63,990 bases of DNA, filler included, from Octopus bimaculoides (GCF_001194135.2; 5 parts of 5 records of this genome joined end to end with filler, not necessarily neighbours in it), one strand, 5' to 3'; counted from the first letter of the whole stretch, positions 23,552 through 34,876 are shown. Program-made: numbers and translations. Notes: a model not told the origin generated them from the letters alone.

Positions 23552-23900
23552 GTTGTTGTTGGCACTCCGTCGCTTACGATGTCGAGGGTTCCAGTTGATC
23601 CGATCAACGGAACAGCCTGCTCGTGAAATTAACGTGCAAGTGGCTGAACACTCCACAGTTCTCGGGGGATATTCAGCGTGAGACAGTGTGACAAGGCTGA
23701 CCCTTTGAATTACAGACACAACAGAAACAGGAAGTAAGAGTGAGAGAAAGTTGTGTTGGCAGCAGGGTTCGCCACCATCCCCTGCCGGAGCCCCGTGGAG
23801 CTTTTAGGTGTTTTCTCTCACAACGCCCGGTCTGGGAATCGAAACCGCGGTCCTATGACCGCGAGTCCATTGCCCTAACCACTGGGCCATTGCGTCTCCA
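23552..23900 (-). mobile_element. SINE family 3 (in gene B intron)
   Basis: Homologous to 15580-15948. Confidence 0.85.
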
Positions 23901-24433
23901 CCAATCTTCTAAGTATCTTGTCATATACCTACACAACTGCGGTACTACTAAAGCAGCGCGGACCCGAACGCGCAGTCGCGCGTCCGGGTCCGTGCTGCTT
24001 TAGTAGTACCCACAACGGCATCCTACTCCCGATGTCGTTTCGTCATGATTTTCTGCAAAATCCCAGTAGATGTCGTACACTACTGGGAAGCAAAGTTGTT
24101 ACTGGGAAATAAAAACGCTGATATTTCACGCAGCTCGATTTTTTGGGGGACTTTGCATACTTCTGGAATTCGTTGAATTAGGATTCTTTAATAAGAATAT
24201 AACGGCATAATTTAAGAAAAAAAAATTAGGTTAATTAGGTTCCTTTGTTGTTTGTATCTCAGCAATGTGCGTTACTTCTGCATCATCATTCCATAAAATC
24301 TGTTTATAGTGGTGGTCATGGTGCTGATGGTGGCTATGGCAACAGTGGTGGTGGTGGTGGTGGTGGTGGTGGTGTTAGTAGTGATGCACTGTTTTTAATC
24401 TCTTTTTTTCAAAGTGTCCTCTATATCTTACAC

Positions 24434-24457
24434 TGTTCTCTCTCTCTTTTACTTCAG
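24434..24457 (+). other. Predicted 3' splice acceptor, gene B exon 2
   Basis: TGTTCTCTCTCTCTTTTACTTCAG|; the leader to the ATG is 418 nt. Confidence 0.7.
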
Positions 24458-24875
24458 AGTATCACATGTAATTGGCATCAAAGCATCATTTCCATCAGAT
24501 GACATCATCAATATTCATCACTTTTTAAAGACTGAAAGAAAATGTTGTACAGAACAGATTTGATAACTCCAGAGAATTCCAGTGAAATATTTCTTCTCAA
24601 CTGAGATTGATAAGAACATTTCTCTTCTGCAATGTTTGGATTATCTTCAAGATTATTTTGTACTGAAGTTGAACTTGGATAATTTTAAAAGGAATCTCTG
24701 AGTATTTTCAGACATTAATACAGTTGATGGAAAGAGATGAATAGCAATATTCGTTAGGAATAAGCTGTAGGACAAGAACCAAAACTGTATCTACTTACGT
24801 TGTGGTGGTTGAAGTAAGATAAGAGACAGATGGACTATTAAAGATAGTTGAAGAATATATTTTTATTCTAAAGAG

Positions 24876-25739
24876 ATGTCACAAGAGAAACCACAATCAG
24901 CATATCACTGCAATGTCTGTAACAAGTCTTTTGCTCAGAAATGTAATCTAAATATTCATGAACGTATTCATACAGGGGAGAAACCATTTCAGTGTGATAT
25001 CTGTGATAAATCATTCTCCCTAAATAGCAACTTAACTAAGCACAAACGTATTCACACAGGAGAGAGGCCATTTCGCTGTGATATCTGTGGTAAATCATTC
25101 CCTGATGCTAATACTCGAACTACTCACATACGTATTCATACAGGAGAGAGACCATTTTGCTGTGATATCTGTGGTAAATCTTTCTCTGTAAACAGTACCT
25201 TAACTACTCACAAACGTACTCATACAGGAGAGAGACCATTTCACTGTGAAATTTGTGGTAAATCATTCTCTGTCAACAGTAGCTTAATTACACACAAACG
25301 TATTCACATGGGAGCAAATCAATATCACTGTGATATCTGTGGTAGATCATTCTCCCTGAATAGCCAGATGACTGTACACAAACGTATTCATGCTGGAGAG
25401 AAGCCATTTGACTGTGATATCTGTGGTAGATCATTCTCTGGAAGTAGTCACTTAAATAGACACACACTGATTCACACGGGAGCGAAGCCATTTCACTGTG
25501 ATATTTGTGGTAAATCGTTCTCTCAGCGTAGCATTTTAACTATTCACAAACGTGTTCATACAGGTGAGAAGCCATTTCTCTGTGACACCTGTGGTAAATC
25601 TTTCTCTGAAAAGAGCCACTTAACTAGACACAAAATGATTCACACAGGAGAAAAGCCATATCCCTGTGATGTCTGTGGTAAATCATTCTCTCGAAATAGT
25701 GACTTGACTAGGCATATATCTATCCATATAAAAGTGTAA
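24876..25739 (+). CDS. C2H2 zinc-finger protein B, 287 aa, 10 fingers
   Basis: Intact ATG-TAA ORF of tandem fingers. Confidence 0.96.
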   Translation: MSQEKPQSAYHCNVCNKSFAQKCNLNIHERIHTGEKPFQCDICDKSFSLNSNLTKHKRIHTGERPFRCDICGKSFPDANTRTTHIRIHTGERPFCCDICGKSFSVNSTLTTHKRTHTGERPFHCEICGKSFSVNSSLITHKRIHMGANQYHCDICGRSFSLNSQMTVHKRIHAGEKPFDCDICGRSFSGSSHLNRHTLIHTGAKPFHCDICGKSFSQRSILTIHKRVHTGEKPFLCDTCGKSFSEKSHLTRHKMIHTGEKPYPCDVCGKSFSRNSDLTRHISIHIKV

Positions 25740-26383
25740 CTATATCATTGTCAAAATGCATTGCACTTCATAGCAACAGGCAACATTTTAAGACCTTTTT
25801 CCCCCCTCTGATAAATCCTGACTTAGTCCTGTGGTCTTAACACTGATCTGTAAATCCTCCACTATAATCATGGTTATTCAAGGTACTATTTTCAAGTCAC
25901 ATTCTCCGTTTATAGCCCTTTTAAAAGATAAAATGACATGAATTCCAGTTTTATTCTGAAACTGGATACTGGTACTATGTCAAAATTGATTCTAAAAATA
26001 TTTGTTTTATGTCACCATAAATAGAAAATATCCTCTCTAACCATTGATGTGGTCACACAGGACAGAAGATGTAGCAGTATATGAGAGCATCCGCCCAAAT
26101 CTATATATTATATATACAAGCATGCCTTGCATTACAGCCACCTCAGGTTACTGGATTTCATGCATACTGAAATTGTAATGTATGACCATAAATTTTGGGA
26201 TACGGTCTCTAATTTTGCTCTAATGTAAACTCATGTTAACTCATCGTTAGCAATTTAAAACTGCACTTTGCAGAATGGTCACTTGTATTGTAATTAAGAT
26301 CAAAGTATATAGTTAACAATTTAAAATAAGTATCATCACATTACACTCATAGATGCACACTATATTTAATGACCATAATGTGA

Positions 26384-26418
<35 letters not shown>

Positions 26419-26802
26419 GTTAAAGTCTGTCATACCGGCCATGACAAAGGGAAATAGCCCTGAAACTCGAGTCGCCTTTATATATTTATATTTATATATT
26501 TGATCCTTTATATTGAACACTCAATATTTCATCTACATTCAATACTTTATTTCATGGTGCCATCCATTTTTATTTTATTTTATTTTATATTATATATTGT
26601 ACATTATATTATATATTGTATATTCCATATTCTATACCCCACATTGGTTCTGCAGGAATATAAATAAAACATAAAAAACAGACAGTGTTGGAACTCTTTT
26701 AAACAAAATAATATATTCCTCTATACACAATCATACAAAAAAAAACCCCTTCTTTGTATTTATTTTTACTCGCATATATATATATATATGTGTATACATA
26801 AT

Positions 26803-27100
26803 CATCATCCTCATTTAATGTTCGTTATCCCTACTGACATGGGTTGGATGGTTTGACCAGGACTGGTAAGCTGAAAGGCTGCACCAGCCTCCAGTCTGAC
26901 CTGGTATAGTTTTTTATGACTGGATGCCTTTCCTAATGCGAACAACTATGAGAGTGTAATGGCTGGTTTTACGTGCCACCGGCGTGGGTGCCATTTGCAT
27001 GACGCCAGTATCTGCCACAACTGCAATTTTGCTCAGCTTGATGGGTCCTCCTCTCAAGCATGACATAATACCAAAGATCTCAGTCAATTCCTTTGTGTGA
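26803..27100 (-). mobile_element. RTE-type 3'-tail repeat, older copy
   Basis: Diverged GGATGCCTTTCCTAATGC motif and (CAT)n. Confidence 0.65.
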
Positions 27101-27532
27101 CTCAGCACTTGGAAAGAACTCAGCCCCTTTGCCCCCGTGAGACCTATAAATGTGTGTGCTTATGTGTGTCTATTATCAAAACCAACAACGACTGATATAT
27201 AAAAACTGGCACTCCCTGGGTTACGAAGACTATGGTTCCAGTTGATCCAATCAACGGAACAGCCTGCTCAAAAAATTAACATGCGGGTGGTTGAGAATTC
27301 CACAGACACATGTACCTTTAATGTGTCAGCTGCATAGAATGGAGCAATGTAAAATAAAGTGTCTTGCTTAAGCCCACTGCAATGCCATGAAGTGAGCTCA
27401 TTAAAAAACAAAAAAAAACAAAACAAATACATTCCAAATAAATAGTGTTTTTTAGAAGATGAATGAAATGTCTTTGATGTTGGGTCTCGGAGGATTGTCT
27501 TGAGACTAAACAGCCTCAACAATACTATTAGC

Positions 27533-27955
27533 AAGAGTGGTTGGCGTTAGGGAGGGCATCCTGCTGTAGAAACTCTGCCAAATCAGATTGGAGCCTGGTG
27601 TGGCCATCTGGTTTCACCAGTCCTCAGTCAAATCGTCCAACCCATGCTAGCATGGAAAGCGGACGTTAAACGACGATGACGATGATGATGGTGATGTGCA
27701 GGTGGCACGTAAAATACACCATTTCAAGTGTGGCTGTTGCCAGTACCTCTTGACCGGCCCTTGTGCCGGTGGCACGTAAAAGCACCCACTACACTCTCGG
27801 AGTGGTTGGCGTTAGGAAGGGCATCCAGCTGTAGAAACTCTGCCAAATCAGACTGGAGCCTGGTGTAGCTATCTGGTTTCACCAGTCCTCAGTCAAATCG
27901 TCCAACCCATGCTAGCATGGAAAGCGGACGTTAAACGACGATGACGATGATGATG
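27533..27955 (+). mobile_element. Two head-to-tail RTE-type 3'-tail repeats
   Basis: Two near-identical tail modules, each ending in (GAT/GAC)n. Confidence 0.85.
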
Positions 27956-28289
27956 AATATGACTGCTACTCCACCACCAACACCTAAAGCAATGCAAATC
28001 ACATCATTGTCACTGTCAATCCACCATCTTTTGAATCTGACTGGCTACAACAGACGTAAGCCAACACGTATGCATGTGTATTTATGTCAGAAGTGCAAGG
28101 GGCAAATTGCCTATAAAACCTGGTGACCTGTCATACAATATTTTCTCTTCTTCAGTCCTTCACCCTTTTATTTCTTCTCCATTATTGCTTCCATATGAAA
28201 ATAGACAATTTTCGACTCTCACAAAGCCAATCTTTCTTGGTCCAGTTTTTATTTCACTACGCTTGTGGCAAATATGTTAATGTAGGATA

Positions 28290-28480
28290 TAGGATTTGAA
28301 GAAGCCATGGAGCATGATGTGATTGAGTTGTTAGTGTCCCAGAGACAAAGTTTATCTATCGAGGAACTGATTGATGCCGTTAGCAAAAGAATGAGCTGAG
28401 AATACAGATGAGACAACATTCTACCCACAAAACTTCAATTGACAACAAAATTTATTGCTAAAGGGTTGGCACTTACAGAG
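28290..28480 (+). mobile_element. Possible Tigger/pogo transposase C-terminal fragment
   Basis: GFEEAMEHDVIELLVSQRQSLSIEELID resembles the recalled Tigger C-terminal motif. Confidence 0.4.
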
Positions 28481-29605
28481 GAAGGTCTGCAGGGGTGGTG
28501 GGCAATGTGGCTGATGCTGGTGTTGAGTAACTAGCATATTGGTGGCACGTAAAAATCACCTTTTGAATGTTGGGCCTCATGGAAGCAGCGTGGCTGATGC
28601 CTGTGTCATGTAACTAGCACCTGTGCCAGTGGAACATAAAAAGCACCTTTGAAGTGTTGGGCCTCATGGAGGCATTAATAAATGACAGATCTTCAGGAAT
28701 ATGCTGTGCTTGTGTAGAAGACCCATCAAGATAAGTGAAACCATAGTCATGACAGATACTGGTGTGACTAGCACCTGCGCTAGTGGCACATAAAGCACCC
28801 ATTATACTTGGAGTGGTTGGCGTTAGGAGGACGTTCAGCTGTAGAAACCATGTCGAATCTGACTGGAGTTTGGTGCAGTCCCTCGACTTGCCAGTATGGA
28901 CATCATCATCATCATCGTCGTTTAACGTCCGCTTTCCATGCTAGCATGGGTTGGACGATTTGACTGAGGACTGGTGAAACCGGATGGCAACACCAGGCTC
29001 CAGTCTAATTTGGCAGAGTTTCTACAGCTAGATGCCCTTCCTAATGCCAACCACTCAGAGAGTGTAGTGGGTGCTTTTACGTGTCACCCGCACGAAAACG
29101 ACCACGCTCGAAATGGTGTCTTTTATGTGCCACCCGCACAAGAGCCAGTCCAGGGGCCCTGGCAACGATCTCACTTGGCTTGCCGGGTCTTCTCACGCAC
29201 AGCACATTTCCAAAGGTCTCGGTCAGTAGTCATCGCCTCGGTGAGGCCAGGNNNNNNNNNNNNNNNNNNNNNNNNNNNNNNNNNNNNNNNNNNNNNNNNN
29301 NNNNNNNNNNNNNNNNNNNNNNNNNCAGGATGGTACATCTTATGTGCCACCCGCACAAGAGCCAGTCCAGGGGTACTGGCAACGATCTCGCTCGAAAACC
29401 CTACAAGGCCAGTCAGGCGGTACTGGCAACGGTCACGCTCAGGATGGTACATCTTATGTGCCACCCGCACAAGAGCCAGTCCAGGGGCCCTGGCAACGAT
29501 CTCACTTGGCTTGCCGGGTCTTCTCACGCACAGCACATTTCCAAAGGTCTCGGTCAGTAGTCATCGCCTCGGTGAGGCCAGGGACATAAAATGATGACAA
29601 TGATC
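28480..29605. mobile_element. Old (+) RTE-tail repeat interrupted by a younger (-) copy (28901-29581)
   Basis: GGACAT direct repeat at 28898-28903 and 29582-29587; the host tail resumes as GGACATAAAATGATGAC. Confidence 0.7.
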
Positions 29606-30779
29606 GTAATAGTGAATAACATAGAAATTACAAGAGGAGTTTACACTGAGCTGTACAAAGAGATGATGCATCATAGACAACAGACAACTAGAAATGAGTT
29701 CTTCACCCACCCACCCTCAAGCTGTTGTCCCTGATAATGAACTGTAAAATAGGAAATGTCCCTTCATTCTCCTCGTGCCACCACCAGACCTCACACAGCG
29801 GTCAACATCTTTTGTGCTAAGGATGTATTCTTACAACATGACTAGTCTTATTAATTCACCTAATTTATTCATTTTTATATTTTCATGTATCTATATTGTA
29901 CCATGTATGTTTAAAGATAATTGTTTTCAGGCATAAAAGAGATCATGGTATTTGTTCTTTGTTGTTTAGTTCTGCTTTTTTCTTTTCTGTCTGGAAAAGT
30001 CCATGGGATTGCAACCTCTTAAATGCTATGCTCAGCGGGGCTTTGAACGCTTGCTCCCGCGAAGAATAACTGACTGTTTGGAATAATAAAGCAACGAATT
30101 TTTAATATGTAAAACAATTTATTGAGATAAAATTTCACATTATTTTCAAAGGATGTAATTTTCGTGTAATTTAGATGTTATGGTGTAGTTTAAGAAATAC
30201 ATGATTGCTATTTCTAGCAGGTTCTAGGACCATCTTGGGCTTCTTGTTGTCATGTTGAGACAGCAGTCTAAGAAGCTGAAGGCAGACAGTCCCAGATTGG
30301 ATGTCGACAGACAAAAAGACAACAGTGTAACCAGGACTTATTCACAACAGCTTGGGTCAGTGTTACCTGGCACTTGAAAACATAGAGAGATACCCTACTG
30401 TTGACTCCTAGGGTTTGTATTACCAGTGAAACCCTTGCATTGGTGGAGTGCAGCTGCAGAGCTAGACTGTGTGCAGCTGCTGCCGATTTCCTTCATAGTC
30501 AAAGCACAGAGGTGTGATAAAGAAAAGCAGATACAAGAAATGTATGAGGATGGGAGTTCAGCTTACATTTTTGAATCATGTACATCTTACAGAGGGATTG
30601 TTATGCTTAGGTGAGGGCAAAGCCTTCTCCTCAGTATTCTGGAGTCTAAAACCCTGATGGAGCAATCCTGGCAGAAGGGCCCAATGTTAGGGCTTACTAG
30701 ACATCATAATTTGAGAAGTTGTATAATGTGGACCCATCTAGTATAGTTCTGAATATTGCGATACCAGCAGCAGTGGTGA

Positions 30780-31646
30780 CTGATCTGTCAGCCACCTCTG
30801 ATCCGCTGTCCATAGACGAGATTCATACATTTGTAAATCAGCTGAGGGACAGGAAGGGAGATGAAGTCTGAAGCACCCAAAGGAGAAAAGATCAAGAAAG
30901 ATGGGCCTACTGCAATCTCGTTCATGTGGAATACCATCTGCTCCGTTTAGAGCAGTGGCATGATACCACCTGACTGACAGAGGGCCGTAATGCTAGACAG
31001 GTAAAGGTAACTGCCATGACTGCAACATCTACAAAGCTGTTGCACTCTTGTATCTGTACCTGGGAAAGTCTTTGCCAGGGTTATTCTAAATAGAGAGTGA
31101 AATCATTTGCTTGCCGTTCAGTGGCCGGAGCAGTTAGAGTTCACACCAAAGAAGTTAACTATTGACAGGATCCCCTCCCTTTGACTATTCATCAAATGGA
31201 GGCTGAACTTTCAGCAGAAGCTGCTTGCAGCCCATGTTCTCTTCTAGAGAATGATTTATCAGAGACATCTTCCGCGCCAGTGGCACGTAAATAGCACCAT
31301 ATGAGCGTAATTGTTACCAGCGTTGCCTTCCTGGCACGTGAAAAGACATGCGAGCAAGGTCGTTGCCAGTGCTGCCAGACTGGCTCCTGTGCAGGTGGCA
31401 CATAAAATACACCATTTTGAGCATGGCCGTTGCCAGTACCGCCTCACCGGCCTTCGTGCCGGTGGCACATAAAAGCACCCACTACACTCTCGGAGTGGTT
31501 GGCATTAGGAAGGGCATCCAGCTGTAGAAACTCTGCCAAATCAGATTGGAGCCATGGCGTAGGCATCTGGTTTCACCAGTCCTCAGTCAAATCGTCCAAC
31601 CCATGCCAGCTGGGGAAAGCGGACGTTAAACAATGACGATGATGAT
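30780..31646 (+). mobile_element. Decayed RTE-clade LINE RT fragment followed by the RTE-type 3' tail
   Basis: Broken frames reading SGMIPPD*.., CNIYK.., VPGKVFARVILNR and GFTPK.TIDRI, upstream of the tail module at 31260-31646. Confidence 0.65.
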
Positions 31647-31765
31647 AAAATGGTTTTGCTCTTGCTATGTGTCAGTGATTAGTTAAAATGCTACTTTAAC
31701 AGGTGAAGGGACCTTAAAATGTTAGTCTTTGTTTTGAGGTGTGATGACTTTTAATGATGATATAG

Positions 31766-32629
31766 TCACACTTTTGTATGGATAGATACATGTCTAGTTA
31801 AGTGACTTCTTTGAGAGAATGATCTGTCACAGAAATCACAGTGAAATGGCTTTTCTCCAGTATGAATACGCTTATGATCAGTTAAAACACTACTTCGAGA
31901 GAATGATTTACCACAGGTATCACAGTGAAACGGCTTCTCACCTGTGTGAATACGTTTGTGGTCAGTTAAATTATTTCTTTGAGAAAATGATTTACCGCAG
32001 ACATCACAGCGAAATGGCTTCTCTCCTGTGTGAGTCACTTTATGTGCAATTAAGTTACTGCTTCCAGAGAAAGATTTACCACAAATGGCACAGTGACATG
32101 GTTTTTCTCCAGTGTGAATACGTTTGTGTCTATTTAAATCATTATTGTAAGAGAATGATTTACCACAGATATCACAGTGAAAATGCTTCTCTCCTGTATG
32201 ACTTTGTTTGTGCTTAGTTATGTGGCTACTTTGAGAGAATGACCTACCACAAATATCACAGTGAAATGGCTTTTCCCCTGTATGTATACGTTTATGAATA
32301 ATTAAGACAGTTCTGTAAGAGAATGAATTACCACAGATATCACAGTGAAATGGCCTTTCACCAGTATGACAACGTTTGTGAGTAGTTAAGTTACTATTTG
32401 CAGAGAATGATTTACCACAGATATCACAGCGAAATGGTTTCTCTCCTGTATGAATACGTTTGTGTGTAGTTAAGACACTTCCATCAGAGAATGAATTACC
32501 ACAGATATCACAACGAAATGGCTTCTCCCCTGTATGAATACGCCTGTGAGTAGTTAGATTACATTTCTGATTGAAAGACTTTTTACAGACATTGCAATGA
32601 TATGCTAAGCAAGGTTTCTGTTTTGACAT
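31766..32629 (-). CDS. C2H2 zinc-finger protein C, 287 aa, 10 fingers; inverted paralog of B
   Basis: Intact ORF with the same length, N-terminal pattern and C-terminal pattern as B. Confidence 0.96.
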   Translation of the reverse strand: MSKQKPCLAYHCNVCKKSFNQKCNLTTHRRIHTGEKPFRCDICGNSFSDGSVLTTHKRIHTGEKPFRCDICGKSFSANSNLTTHKRCHTGERPFHCDICGNSFSYRTVLIIHKRIHTGEKPFHCDICGRSFSQSSHITKHKQSHTGEKHFHCDICGKSFSYNNDLNRHKRIHTGEKPCHCAICGKSFSGSSNLIAHKVTHTGEKPFRCDVCGKSFSQRNNLTDHKRIHTGEKPFHCDTCGKSFSRSSVLTDHKRIHTGEKPFHCDFCDRSFSQRSHLTRHVSIHTKV

Positions 32630-33057
32630 CTCTTCTGCATAAAAATATATTCTTCATTTATCTTAAATAGTCCGTCTGTCTCTTATCTTACTTCAATCAA
32701 CACAACGTAAGTGGATACAGTTTTTGTTCTTGTCCTACAACTTATTCCTAACAAATTATAGCTATTGCTATCTTTCCATCAACTGTAATCCTTCTTAATG
32801 TCTGAAAATACACAGAGATTCCTTTTAAAATTATCCAAGTTTAACATCATTACAAAATAATCTTGAAGATAATCCAAACATTGCAGAAGAGAAATGTTCT
32901 TATCAATCTCAGTTGAGAAGAAATATTTCCTTGTAATTCTCTGGAGTTATTAAATCTCTTCTGTACAATATTTTCTGTCAGTCTTTAAAAGGTGGTGAAT
33001 ATTGATGATGTTATCTGATGGAAACAATGCTTTGATGCCAATGTCATGTGATATTCT

Positions 33058-33080
33058 CTGAAATAAAAGAGAGAAACAAC
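33058..33080 (-). other. Predicted 3' splice acceptor, gene C exon 2
   Basis: TTTCTCTCTTTTATTTCAG| on the minus strand; the leader is 428 nt. Confidence 0.7.
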
Positions 33081-33117
33081 TTTGAAAAAGACAGATTAAA
33101 AACAGTGTTTCACTACT

Positions 33118-33215
33118 AACACCACCACCATCGGCACCAACACCACCACCATTGGCACCAACACCACCACCATCGGCACCAACACCACCACCATTGGCAC
33201 CAACACCACCACCAT
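33118..33215. repeat. 21-bp minisatellite (ACCACCACCAT(C/T)GGCACCAAC)n running into a gap
   Basis: At least 4 tandem units are visible. Confidence 0.9.
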
Positions 33216-34876
33216 NNNNNNNNNNNNNNNNNNNNNNNNNNNNNNNNNNNNNNNNNNNNNNNNNNNNNNNNNNNNNNNNNNNNNNNNNNNNNNNNNNNNN
33301 NNNNNNNNNNNNNNNNNNNNNNNNNNNNNNNNNNNNNNNNNNNNNNNNNNNNNNNNNNNNNNNNNNNNNNNNNNNNNNNNNNNNNNNNNNNNNNNNNNNN
33401 NNNNNNNNNNNNNNNNNNNNNNNNNNNNNNNNNNNNNNNNNNNNNNNNNNNNNNNNNNNNNNNNNNNNNNNNNNNNNNNNNNNNNNNNNNNNNNNNNNNN
33501 NNNNNNNNNNNNNNNNNNNNNNNNNNNNNNNNNNNNNNNNNNNNNNNNNNNNNNNNNNNNNNNNNNNNNNNNNNNNNNNNNNNNNNNNNNNNNNNNNNNN
33601 NNNNNNNNNNNNNNNNNNNNNNNNNNNNNNNNNNNNNNNNNNNNNNNNNNNNNNNNNNNNNNNNNNNNNNNNNNNNNNNNNNNNNNNNNNNNNNNNNNNN
33701 NNNNNNNNNNNNNNNNNNNNNNNNNNNNNNNNNNNNNNNNNNNNNNNNNNNNNNNNNNNNNNNNNNNNNNNNNNNNNNNNNNNNNNNNNNNNNNNNNNNN
33801 NNNNNNNNNNNNNNNNNNNNNNNNNNNNNNNNNNNNNNNNNNNNNNNNNNNNNNNNNNNNNNNNNNNNNNNNNNNNNNNNNNNNNNNNNNNNNNNNNNNN
33901 NNNNNNNNNTATTTGGGGGGGTGGGGGGATTTCAAAATCCCTATTTTTGTCAATTTTTTTGCAGATTTGTATTCTCTGTAGCCGAAAAGAAGGAGCGGGA
34001 GGGTAGAAAAAAATTAAATAAAGAAAAGGGGTGGTTTGGGGGAGTACAAAAGGAAGCCTTGCCCACATTTATTATAGAGATTATGTAACAAATTATACTT
34101 TACACTTCTATATTTAACCGTGCGTGTATATTCCTTATTTTTGCTTCTGGTGTCTTCTGCCTTACTTAAAGTGAAAAAGAAATCGTATTCAACAGATAAG
34201 TCTTAATGGCACATTTCAGTGTACTAGACCTTTAGCTGTTATTTTTAGCATACGAGTTTTCTGGTGAGGGCTTCATTGCCTGTTGCTTCAGATGAAATCT
34301 ACGGATGCACAAACGTACAAAACGGAGAAAATGAAACAAATAAGGACGACTCTTTCCGAAACACCACCGAGTGGGGAACAGTTCTCAAAAATAACCTCCC
34401 AAATTCCTATTCCATCGGAATCTAGATAGTCCGAGATATAATTGTAGACGATTTCATTAAAAAAATATCCATTTTCTTGAAAGTTAAGACGAATTGAAGT
34501 GGACTCCGGTGAATTTTCCGAAATTCCCCACTCAATCCCTCCTAAAACATTCCCCCAACCACCAACGTTTTGTATCTACGGAATCTACATGATATATCAC
34601 ATACTCGTAGAGAATTCGATTGAAAAATATCCATTTTTCTGAAGTCCAAATTCGGCAGGGCAGAAATCTGTAGTTATGCCTTTGACTTATATACATATAT
34701 ATAGATTAGCCGCACCCTATTAGCATTAATCTGTCTTCAGTACTTTTCACTCTTGATGCAAGTCTGACAAGCAAATGGATCCACTCCGTTCCCTCCATAT
34801 CTCTTCGGGTCACGGCTTTACCCTCCCCAGACCCATACTGTTTGTAGACTGGTAGCGCCCTATTTAACATGAATTG

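Noticed and set aside
29123-29582. 129-bp exact duplication (29123-29251 and 29454-29582)
   Set aside because: It flanks a small gap and is likely redundant contig-end overlap; long reads are needed before treating it as real.
27700-31480. Repeat-spacer-like GTGGCACGTAAAA arrays as a CRISPR array
   Set aside because: Eukaryotic context, no cas genes, degenerate repeats, and the spacers are related to one another; these are internal repeats of a retroelement.
25288-32217. Antisense ORFs over the ZNF genes (25288-25491 and 31819-32217)
   Set aside because: A typical by-product of periodic finger codons on the opposite strand.
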